Assembly (NCBI GenBank): GCA_002269645.1
Contig: NIVC01000988.1
Coordinates: 62,001 to 126,000 of the forward strand
Reading direction: 5' to 3'
Source: Macrostomum lignano
Lineage: Eukaryota
DNA: 64,000 bases
The notes beneath the pieces are model-generated. The model saw nothing but the letters and a program-made list of their open reading frames with translations, ran no database searches and was not told the DNA's origin. Below are positions 44,601-54,382 of the stretch, in pieces. Position 1 is the first letter of the stretch. The number at the start of each line of letters is the position of its first letter. Both the position numbers and the translations under genes were made by a program.

Positions 44601-47600
44601 AGGTGGGTGAGGAGTGAGGTGGGTGAGGAGTGAGGTGGGTGAGGAGTGAGGTGGGTGAGGAGTGAGGTGGGTGAGGAGTGAGATGGGTGTGGAGTGAGGT
44701 GGGTGAGGAGTGAGGTGGGTGAGGAGTGAGGTGGGTGAGGAGTGAGGTGGGTGAGGAGTGAGGTGGGTGAGGAGTGAGATGGGTGTGGAGTGAGGTGGGT
44801 GAGGAGTGAGGTGGGTGAGGAGTGAGGTGGGTGAGGAGTGAGGTGGGTGAGGAGTGAGGTGGGTGAGGAGTGAGGTGGGTGAGGAGTGAGGTGGGTGAGG
44901 AGTGAGGTGGGTGAGGAGTGAGGTGGGTGAGGAGTGAGATGGGTGTGGAGTGAGGTGGGTGAGGAGTGAGGTGGGTGAGGAGTGGGTGTGGAGTGAGGTC
45001 GGTGCTAAGTTAGGTAGTGGTCTATTGTGAAGTGCATTAAGGTGGGTGAAGACTGAGGTGGGTGATGAGTTGTGAGCGTCAAGATGGGATGCGCGAACGG
45101 TGATAAAAATGTATAAGGTTGTTAGTCAGTAGTTGAAATACTTAACGAACGTACCAACTGCATGTACTGCTAAAGCCACAAACCTCGTCTTTGCCAAGCG
45201 GCAGTTTGTCCTGCTCAGTCGGGCACCAGCCGTAGATCTCGCACACAGTCAGGTTGGGCTCTCTGGTGCTGTTGATGCACCTGCCCGTGCGAACACCCCA
45301 GCCTAGCAGGTGGACGTGGCCTTTCTCGCAGTCCGCGTCTGACTTGCAGCTGTGGGATGGTACCGCATTCGACGGGAATATTTTACACACTTTCAGTAGT
45401 GCACAAAAGCAATATATATTTGCACCCACCTCACTCCACTAACACCTCACTCCACCTACACCTCACTCCTCAACCACCTCACTCCACTTACACCTCACTC
45501 CACACCCACCTCACTCCACTTACACCTCACTCCACTTACACCTCACTCCACTTACACCTCACTCCACACCCACCTCACTCCTCACAGACCTCACTCTACA
45601 GCCACCTGACTCCGCATCTACCTCACTCTCACACTCACCTCACTCCAAACCCACCTCACTCCACTTACACATCACTCCACTTACACCTCACTCCACACCC
45701 ACCTCAATTCACACTCACCTCACTCCAAACCCACCTCACTCCACTTACACCTCACTCCACACCCACCTCACTTCACACCCACCTCACTCCACACCCACCT
45801 CACTTCACACCCACCTCACTCCACACCCACCTCACTCCACACCCACCTCATTCTACACCCACCTCACTCCGCACTCACCTCACTCCACACACACCTCACT
45901 CATTATTAATCCAGTCTTTTAAACAACTACCAGAATAATTCACCTTGCATGCCACTTGTTGTCTTTGTCCTCTTCGCAAGTAGAGTGAGTCTGATTCTTA
46001 GTAATTACCACGTTGGTGGTGACAAAGAAGGCGCTGTTCATCTGAGGTGGTATCGCCCAGTCAGCCACGTCCCAGATTCGATCCCCAATAGATGGGATAT
46101 TGCTGTAGTTCGTGTACTCAAGGCCTGCAGGTGGTACACGGACATTGATGGAGAGGAGTGAAAATCAACGAATACATACACTTGTACATTATTCTCCTTT
46201 CTCGTCTTGACTAGTCTCTCTCATCTCTTCTCGGTTCTCTTCCCTCTCTTCTCATGACTCTTCCCTCTCTCTTCTCGTGTCTCTTGCCTCTCTCTTCTCG
46301 TGTCTCTTCCCTCTCTCTTCTCGTGTCTCTTGCCTCTCTCTTCTCGTGTCTCTTCTCTCTCTCTTCTTGTGACTCTTCTCTCTCTCTTATCGTGACTCTT
46401 CCCTCTCTCTTCTCGTGTCTCTTCCCTCTCTCTTCTCGTGACTCTTCCCTCTCTCTTCTCGTGACTCTTCCCTCTCTCTTCTCGTGACTCTTCCCTCTCT
46501 CTTCTCGTGACTCTTCCCTCTCTCTTCTCGTGTCTCTTCCCTCTGCCTTTTTGTGACTCTTCCCTCTTTCTTTTTGTGTCTCTCTCTGATACCCTCTTTC
46601 TCAAAATTATTCTAAAAATTGTCAGTCAGTCATGCAAACATTGGGTCAGCCATCGCCACACAGCTCATCAATCACTATGATCAGCTAAAACAATTGTATA
46701 ACTGCATGCCCAGAGCTGATCAAATATTTGACTGCTTCGCTTATGTTAGTCAGACTTGCTCTGGCAAGCATTTTGGCAACACAAAGTACGATATATGCTT
46801 TGCAGAAAGTATAATCTGTGAATGTGAATGATGAAAAAATTTTTGCTTTTAAATCAATATTGGGGAACTAGTTTTGAGTATTTCATAGGCGCCAGTTCTG
46901 GGTGTCTCATAGGCGCCATTTTTGTGTGTCCCATAGGCGCCATTTCTAGGTGTCTCATAGGCGCAAGTTCTGGGTGTCTCATAGGCGCCATTTCTAGGTG
47001 TCTCATAGGCGCCAGTTCTGGGTGTCTCATAGGCGCCATTTTTGTGTGTCCCATAGGCGCCATTTCTAGGTGTCTCATAGGCGCAAGTTCTGGGTGTCTC
47101 ATAGGCGCCAGTTCCGGGTGTCTCATAGGCGCCAGTTCTGGGTGTCTCAAAGGCGCCATTTTTGTGTGTCCCATAGGCGCCATTTCTAGGTGTCTCATAG
47201 GCGCCAGTTCCGGATGTTTCAATACTAAATTCCTAAAAGAATACAAAGAGAAAAATAGCCCGACAGAAGACAGAAATTATTTGCTTCCGCAAGACTGATT
47301 CGACGATTAAAAAGCGACACAGAGCTTTGGCAGAGAGAAATGTTTGCCAATTCTATTGTAAAACTCGACCGCCATGACTCAGCAGAGCTTGATTGCCCCC
47401 AATCAGCCAGTCATAACTGCATTCGAGCTATTAAAACTGTAAATCATTGAGGGGTCGCATAGGGGCAATTTTGCCAACAGCTCAAAATGAGTCCAACCCA
47501 CGCGACCCAGGGCCTGTCGTTCGTTACACACGCATGCGGTTCTCAGCTTCTCCCCTTAATTAAATCCCTTTCATGGGGGTTGCCAGTTGGCCTTCTGTTA

Positions 47601-48991
47601 GGCTGATCTGCTGAAATTGTGTCCTTTTTGGCACAGTTTTCTGAGTTGTGACATTTACCCGTAGCTACTGTATAGAGGGGAATGGTTCTATACCTTGGTG
47701 ACAGCTCCATAGGGGAGATCGGGGAAGTGTTGGCCTGAAAATATAATAGGCATCATTTATTCTTGGTTCATAGACCGGAGGGGACTGGAGTAGCGTCAGG
47801 CAGAATAGAGCCTCATGCCTTTAATAATCCATAATCCTATGCGATTAAGCTTATAGTTTTTATTTGCGTTAGCATAAATAATTAGTTGAATTAGTTTGCT
47901 CCTTTTGTTCCTTAACTGTTTAATTATTCTTTGTCTTTTCATCCCTTCTCCATTCTCTGTCCCTTCGTCTCTTGCCATCCCCCTGTCGCTTCATCTCTTC
48001 TCCCTTCCCCTGTCCCTTCATCTCTTCTCCCTTCCCCTGTCCCTTCATCTCTTCTCCCTTCCAATGTCCCTTCATCTCTTCTCCCTTCCCCTGTCCCTTC
48101 ATCTCTTCTTCCTTCCAATGTCCCTTCGTCTCTTCTCCATCCTCTGTCCCTTCGTCTATTCTCCATCCCCTGTCCCTTCATCTCTTCTCCCTTCCCCTGT
48201 CCCTTCATCTCTTCTCCCTTCCCCTGTCCCTTCATCTCTTCTCCCTTCCCCTGTCCCTTCATCTCTTCTCCCTTCCCCTTTCCCTTCATCTCTTCTCCCT
48301 TCCCCTGTCCCTTCATCTATTCTCCCTTCCAATGTCCCTTCATCTCTTCTCCCTTCCAATGTCCCTTCATCTCTTCTCCCTTCCAATGTCCCTTCATCTC
48401 TTCTCCCTTCCAATGTTCCTTCATCTCTTCTCCCTTCCAATGTCCCTTCATCTCTTCTCCCTTCCCCTGTGCCTTCGTCTCTTCTCCATCCCCTGTCTCT
48501 TCATCTCTTCTCAATACCATGCCCCTTCATCTCTTCTCAATCCACTGTCCCTTCATCTCTTCTCAATCCCCTGTCCCTTCATCTCATCTCATTTCCCCTG
48601 TCCCTTCATCTCATCTCATTTCCCTCTGTCCATTCATCTCTTCTCAATTCCTTGTCCCTTCATCTCTTCTTCCTTCCCTTGTCCTTTCATCTTTTCTCCC
48701 TTCCCTGTTCCTTTATCTCTTTTCCCCTCCCCTGTCCCTTCATCTCTTCTCCCCTCCCCTGACCCTTCATCCCTCGAACTCACCCTTCAACTTGGTGGTG
48801 ACGCCGCTGACAACGTGATCAAAACTCTGGTAGCCCTTCTCCCGCAGCATTACCCAGCCAACCACGTAGGTGACAATCAGCAGTTGGATGCTGCGATAGA
48901 TGAGGCCTATCTTGTAGGAAGAGATGGCGATCACCTTCTGGGTCTCGTATTCGAACAGAGTGGCCACTAGGAACTTTTTCTCCGAAGCCAT
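37500..48991 (-). CDS. P2RX: P2X purinoceptor (ATP-gated cation channel); complement(join(37500..37538,38678..38912,39466..39586,40677..40917,45184..45349,45944..46124,48784..48991)), 396 aa
   Basis: Phase-consistent GT-AG model (1191 nt). YETQK (TxK site), TM1, TTKLKG, IWDVAD, all ten ectodomain cysteines, CPIFRLG, WNFR, RTLVKAFGI, GKFDI, GSGLALL TM2 and YRHAK (YxxxK). The short last exon is the least certain part. Confidence 0.93.
37690..38627. repeat. (AATC)n microsatellite, P2X last intron
   Basis: Direct reading. Confidence 0.95.
39053..39325. repeat. 38/45-bp alternating minisatellite (AATGTGTGTTTACAGTGTGTATTT core)
   Basis: ~7 units in two variants. Confidence 0.85.
39670..40600. repeat. 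14-bp minisatellite (CACTTCACCCAAGC)
   Basis: Direct reading. Confidence 0.95.
40993..43485. repeat. 22/23-bp minisatellite (AAGGGGTAGAACTCTCAGTAAG), ~2.5 kb
   Basis: ~110 units with CTCTCAG/CTCATCAG variants. Confidence 0.96.
44130..45000 (-). repeat. 16-bp minisatellite family B in reverse orientation (GGAGTGAGGTGGGTGA on +)
   Basis: Reverse complement of CACCCACCTCACTCC. Confidence 0.95.
45424..45900 (+). repeat. 16-bp minisatellite family B, forward, somewhat degenerate
   Basis: cacccacctcactcca units filling most of P2X intron 2. Confidence 0.9.
46215..46570. repeat. 23-bp pyrimidine-rich minisatellite (ACTCTTCCCTCTCTCTTCTCGTG)
   Basis: Direct reading. Confidence 0.9.
46885..47215. 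repeat. 24-bp minisatellite with ATAGGCGCC core, three alternating variants
   Basis: ~14 units. Confidence 0.92.
47940..48770. repeat. 27-bp pyrimidine-rich minisatellite (TCCCTTCCCCTGTCCCTTCATCTCTTC)
   Basis: Direct reading. Confidence 0.92.
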
Positions 48992-49064
48992 TTTTCTGGC
49001 GGTAATGATGGTGACATTTTTATAACAGATTTTATATATTCCATTTTGCCTCACTGTATCACTC

Positions 49065-50490
49065 TCCGTGTCTGTCCCTTCGTGTCTGTCCTTTCCTGTC
49101 TGTCCCTTCGTGTCTGTCCCTTTTTGTCTGTCCCTTCGTGTCTGTCCCTTTTTGTCTGTCCCTTCGTGTCTGTCCCTTCGTGTCTGTTCCTTCGTGTCTG
49201 TCCCTTCGTGTCTGTCCCTTCGTTTCTGTCCCTTCGTGTCTGTCCCTTTTTGTCTGTCCCTTCGTGTCTGTCTCTTCGTGTCTTTTCCTTCGTGTCTGTC
49301 CCTTTGTGTCTGTCCCTTCGTGTCTGTTACTTTGTGTCTATCCCTTCGTGTCTGTCCCTTCGTGTCTGTCCCTTCGTTTCTGTCCCTTCGTGTCTGTCCC
49401 TTCGTGTCTGTCCCTTCGTGTCTGTCCCTTCGTGTCCGTTTTTTTGTGTCTTTTCCTTCGTGTCTGTCCCTTCGTGTCTGTCCCTTCGTGTCTGTCTCTT
49501 CCTTCAGTCCCTTCGTGTCTGTTCCTTCCTTCTGTCCCTTCGTGTCTGTTCCTTCGTTTCTGTCCCTTCGTTTCTGTCCCTTCGTGTCTATCCCTTCGTG
49601 TCTGTCCCTTCCTTCTGTCCCTTCGTGTCTGTCCCTTCGTGTCTGTCCCTTCGTGTCTGTCCCTTCGTGTCTGTCCCTTCGTGTCTGTTTCTTTGTGTCT
49701 TTTCCTTCGTGCCTGTCCCTTCGTGTCTGTCCCTTCGTGTCTGTCCCTTCGTGTCTGTCCCTTCCTTCAGTCCCTTCGTGTCTGTTCCTTCCTTCTGTCC
49801 CTTCGTGTCTGTTCCTTCGTTTCTGTCCCTTCGTTTCTGTCCCTTCGTGTCTATCCCTTCGTGTCTGTCCCTTCGTGTCTGTCCCCTCCTTCTGTCCCTT
49901 CGTGTCTGTCCCTTCGTGTCTGTCCCTTCGTGTCTGTCCCTTCGTGTCTGTCCCTTCGTGTCTGTCCCTTCGTGTCTGTCCCTTCGTGTCTGTCCCTTCG
50001 TGTCTGTCCCTTCGTGTCTGTCCCTTCGTGTCTGTCCCTTCGTGTCTGTCCCTTCGTGTCTGTCCCTTCGTGTCTGTCCCTTCGTGTCTGTCCCTTCGTG
50101 TCTGTTCCTTCGTGTCTTTTCCTTTGTGTCGGTCCATTCGTGTCTGTCCCTTCGTGTCTGTCCCTTCGTGTCTGTCCCTTCGTGTCTTTTCCTTTGTGTC
50201 TGTCCCTTCCTTCTGTCCCTTTGTGTCTTTTCCTTTGTGTCTGTCCCTTCCTTCTGTCCCTTCGTGTCTTTCCCTTCGTGTCTGTCCCTTCGTGTCTGTC
50301 CCTTCGTGTCTGTCCCTTCGTGTCTGTCCCTTCGTGTCTGTCCCTTCGTGTCTGTTCCTTCGTGTCTGTCCCTTCCTTCTGTCCTTTCGTGTCTGTTCCT
50401 TCGTGTCTGTCCCGTCGTGTCTGTTCCTTCGTGTCTGTCCCGTCGTGCCAGCCCCTTCCTTCTGTTCCTTCGTGTCTGTCCCTTCCTTCG
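49065..50490. repeat. 14-bp minisatellite (GTGTCTGTCCCTTC) in the intron upstream of the P2X start exon
   Basis: Direct reading; bounded by minus-strand donor AG|GTAAGT near 50628 and acceptor CCAG at 48997/48996. Confidence 0.95.
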
Positions 50491-51134
50491 TTTCCCTTCC
50501 TACGGTACGCGTCCATTACTGAGTCTCTGTCCTTACCTGTCTTTGCCATCTGTCTTTCTGTCCATGTCACAAATTATTTGCACAATATTTTAATCATCAA
50601 AGAGTAACGTAAACAGCCAACACTTACCTAATTGCTTTAAGGAGATTAAACAGACTGCAAACAGGGGCCTCTTCAAGCAAGGATCTGCACGGCTGGACAT
50701 CTGCTGCTCAAATTAATATTTCTCTGGCAGCAAACTGAATAAACATCAATTTATGCCATTTTTGCAACGCCAACCAACCCGCGCTGTTTTGGCTAGGGAT
50801 TGGGATTTGCCAGATGAGGGGATGTGAGAGATGAGGGATGCGGAGAGAGCCTGCCCGCTGGTCCAAAGGCAAACACAAGCGACAGATTGGGTTGAGGCTT
50901 GGAATAGCAGCTGGTGTTGGGACTGTGAATAAACCAGTGAGCTTGCTGCCGCTGCTGTGAACAATACTGACTGTGGTGCCTGGACAGTGCAGCGCCGGAT
51001 GCAGAGTCATCATGAAATTAATTACCATTGCTAAGTGTAGCTGGCGAATGGGGATCATTTCAATTTTTTGGTATGATAATTGTTGGCCGTATAGGCTGGC
51101 TGTGATCATTGTCCGTTTGCGTCACTTTGCCTCT

Positions 51135-52323
51135 AATTGTGTCTCACCCTGTGTCTCTTACCCTGTATATCTCACCCTGTGTCTCACATTGTGTCTCACC
51201 TGTGTCTTACCCTGTGCCTCACATTGTGCCTCACTCTGTGTCTCTTACCCTGTGTCTCACCCTGTGTCTCTTACCCTGTGTCTTACCCTGTGTCTCTTAC
51301 CCTGTATATTTTACCCTGTGTCTCACATTGTGTCTCACCCTGTGTCACCCTGTGTCTCACCCTGTGTCACTTACCCTGTGTCACCCTGTGTCTCACCCTG
51401 TGTCTCTTACCCTGTGTCTCACCCTGTGTCTCTTACCCTGTGTCTTACCCTGTGTCTCTTACCCTGTATATTTCACCCTGTGTCTCACATTGTGTCTCAC
51501 CCTGTGTCACCCTGTGTCTCACCCTGTGTCTCTTACCCTGTGTCTCTTACCCTGTGTCTCACCCTGTGTCTCTTACCCTGTGTCTCTTACCCTGTGTCAC
51601 TTACCCTGTGTCTCACCCTGTGTCTCTTACGTCTTACCCTGTGTCTCACATTGAGTCTCACCCTGTTTCTCTTTCCCTTGTGTGTCACCCTGTGTCTCAC
51701 CCTGTGTCTCTTACCCTGTGTCTCACCCTGTGTCTCTTACCCTGTGTCTTACCCTGTGTCTCTTACCCTGTATATTTCACCCTGTGTCTCACATTGTGTC
51801 TCACCCTGTGTCACCCTGTGTCTCACCCTGTGTCTCTTACCCTGTGTCTCTTACCCTGTGTCTCACCCTGTGTCTCTTACCCTGTGTCTCTTACCCTGTG
51901 TCACTTACCCTGTGTCTCACCCTGTGTCTCTTACGTCTTACCCTGTGTCTCACATTGTGTCTCACCCTGTGTCTCTTACCCTGTGTCTCACCTTGTGTCT
52001 CTTACCCTGTGTCTCACATTGTGTCTCACCCTGTGTCTCTTACCCTGTGTCTCACATTGTGTCTCACCCTGTGTCTCTTACCCTATGTCTCACATTGTGT
52101 CTCACCCTGTGTCTCTTACCCTGTGTCTCACATTGTGTCTCACCCTGTGTCTCTTACCCTGTGTCTCAATTTGTGTCTCACCATGTGTCTCTTACCCTAT
52201 GTCTCACATTGTGTCTCACCCTGTGTCTCTTACCCTGTGTCTCACATTGTGTCTCACCCTGTGCCTCTTACCCTGTGTCTCACCCTGTGTCTCTAACCCT
52301 GTGTCTCACATTGTGTCTCACCC
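51135..52323. repeat. 12/14-bp minisatellite (TC[TT]ACCCTGTGTC) with ~305-bp higher-order blocks, left arm
   Basis: Direct reading; interrupted by the LINE at 52324. Confidence 0.95.
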
Positions 52324-52839
52324 GCAGGCGTATTCAGCATGCCAGTGAAGTATGAGACCGACTAGGCCCATGGGCTAAGGTCTGCGATGCTTCACGCCTG
52401 CCCCTATCTTCAGCAGGTCAAGGCTGGTGGGAGGTCTGCACCCTCTATTTGCCTCTGGCAGCCGCAGACCCCCCCCCCCCCCACGTTGTCTCGCAAGTCG
52501 ACCCAGGGTACTCGTCCCCGCGTGTGTTCAAGGCAGTCCCTAGGGCTGCTGGACAGACTGGGCTCCGGCGCTGGCGACCCTATCCAGTGGCTTCGGCCGA
52601 ATTTGGGTATGCGGGTCTGGCTCGCCAACCTGCAGGCCGTGGTACTGCTCAACGTACTCTCTAATGCCTAAGGTGTTGACCGTGCCGATGGGCTGGAAGG
52701 CCGGGGAGTAGTCCGGTCGCAAGCGGTCCCCCTCCTGGTGTCGGGCCAGCCTTGAGGGTTCTATTGGCCTACTGCCCGGTCAGGTGGAGCGGCCGGGTGG
52801 GTACCGCGCCCCTTTGAGGGTAGCCCACCAACCTTTATC

Positions 52840-54343
52840 ATGGCCTTCGAGCCGACTATGGAAAAAAACCCTATTTCTAGGGACGGGGACCCTTCTAAAC
52901 CCCAACCTCAGTCCGAAGGACCGGCCGGCCCTGCTGGCAGATCCCAACCGACTGATTCAACTGTGGCAAAGGAAGGACCGGCTGGCTCTGCTGGCAGATC
53001 CGACCAGAGCTACCAAACTCAAAATACCCAAAGACCTGCCAGCTCCGCTGGTGGATCTAAGGGAACCGCGAGCTCTGAGCCTAAAGGACCGGCCAAATCT
53101 GGCAGATCCGATGAAGCTCAGCGGGCTCGGCTTAAGCGCAAACGCGCTAAACAACGCGCCAAAAGGCAGGCCAAGAAGGGAGCTGCGGGGGCCAAAGCGG
53201 CGGCGTCCACCATGGATGCTGAAGCGACTGGCGTCCCAAGGCAACCAGACGGGCCGGCCGGTGGAAGCTCCGGTAGTTCAGCGGCGGCGCTCCCTGGAGA
53301 TGCTGCTGCGGCTGCTGAGGCCGAAACCACGGCGCAACAAATGGCCACTGCCAACAAGGAGGTTCTTCGGGAGCTACCTTTGCGGCGAAGGCCAAGGTTA
53401 AAATCCCGGGAGTGATCATCCAAGGTCGCGACCAGGACTGGACCACTGATCAGCTTCAAAAAGTGTGGAGTGCTGTTGACTCCTATCTGATTGAGCTGAC
53501 TGTCGAGGAGGGAATCTCCATCGGCATTGAGCGGATGGTGCTGCGAAGCACATTCGTTCTTATTGCTCCTAGCAGCGAGGAGGACGCTCGGCAGCTGCTC
53601 CAGCGGCTACCGACGGTCTCCTTGGATGCTGACCTTGGCGGAGCTCTTTTTCTTCGCGAGGGCCAGCGTCCAAAGACGATACCCTATGTGGTTTTCGTCC
53701 CTGCTAAGAGCACCGCAGCTGGACCAGACGTTATCCGCCGGGTCCTACTGCGTCTGAACCCCGACCTCCCTGCTAGTGGACTGGTGTATCACCGCAAAGT
53801 CCGCAGGGGGGAGACGGGCAACTCAATTGTCCTCGGCCTTTCCAGCACTTGGGCGAGTCGGTACCCTAATGGATCCTCTTTCCAGCTGGGTGCCCTCAAG
53901 CTCAAGATGCGCCGAGGAAAGTCTGCCAAAGGGAAGGCTACTGCCAACCCCGGCATCTCCGGCAAGAGCGGGGCGCAGTCTAAGGCCCAAGGAAAGGCGC
54001 AAGCCGATCCCAAAGCCAAAGCTGCATCTCGCCCCTCTGCTAGCAGCAGTTCGGCGACCGCGGTAACGGCTCCGGCCAAGCCCCGGGAACCAAACCTGCC
54101 AGTCGGAGAAGGAGTTGAGGACGAGGCCGGGTCTTCGGAATCCGAGCTCTCCTCGGCCACCCTAGTGGGGTCTGAAGGTAAAGATGCAGATGAGGAAGCT
54201 TCCTCCATCCTGTCATCGGAGCCTGAGGACTCTGCTGGGGGGCCGGTGGGGGTGAGGAGGCCATGGACGTCGACCAACTCCAATCTCCCAGTCAAGCCCC
54301 AGCGGCCTGGGACGAGGACGATCTGTTGTCCAAGTCTCCTTGA
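52840..54343 (+). pseudogene. LINE ORF1 (gag-like, basic NLS-like stretch, DUF4780-like domain), apparently broken by two 1-nt deletions near 53355 and 54240
   Basis: ORFs 52840..53415 and 53412..54359 join via the upstream-open frame GGSSGATFAAKAKVKIPGVIIQG; a second shift gives GEEAMDVDQLQSPSQAPAAWDEDDLLSKSP* ending at 54343. DUF4780 similarity is from recalled pattern only. Confidence 0.7.
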
Positions 54344-54382
54344 TGGCCCTGGGCTCTAGCCAGACATTGCATTTAATACAGT

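Noticed and set aside
48767-50137. 456-aa ORF that appears to give P2X a long repetitive N-terminus
   Set aside because: The upstream part is the 14-bp satellite inside an intron (donor near 50628, acceptor at 48996); the P2X-like sequence starts at ATG 48991
52324-52840. HDV-like ribozyme in the LINE 5'UTR
   Set aside because: Candidate P1 is not followed by the GG of P1.1 and no P3/L3 arrangement fits; only the long hairpin is supported
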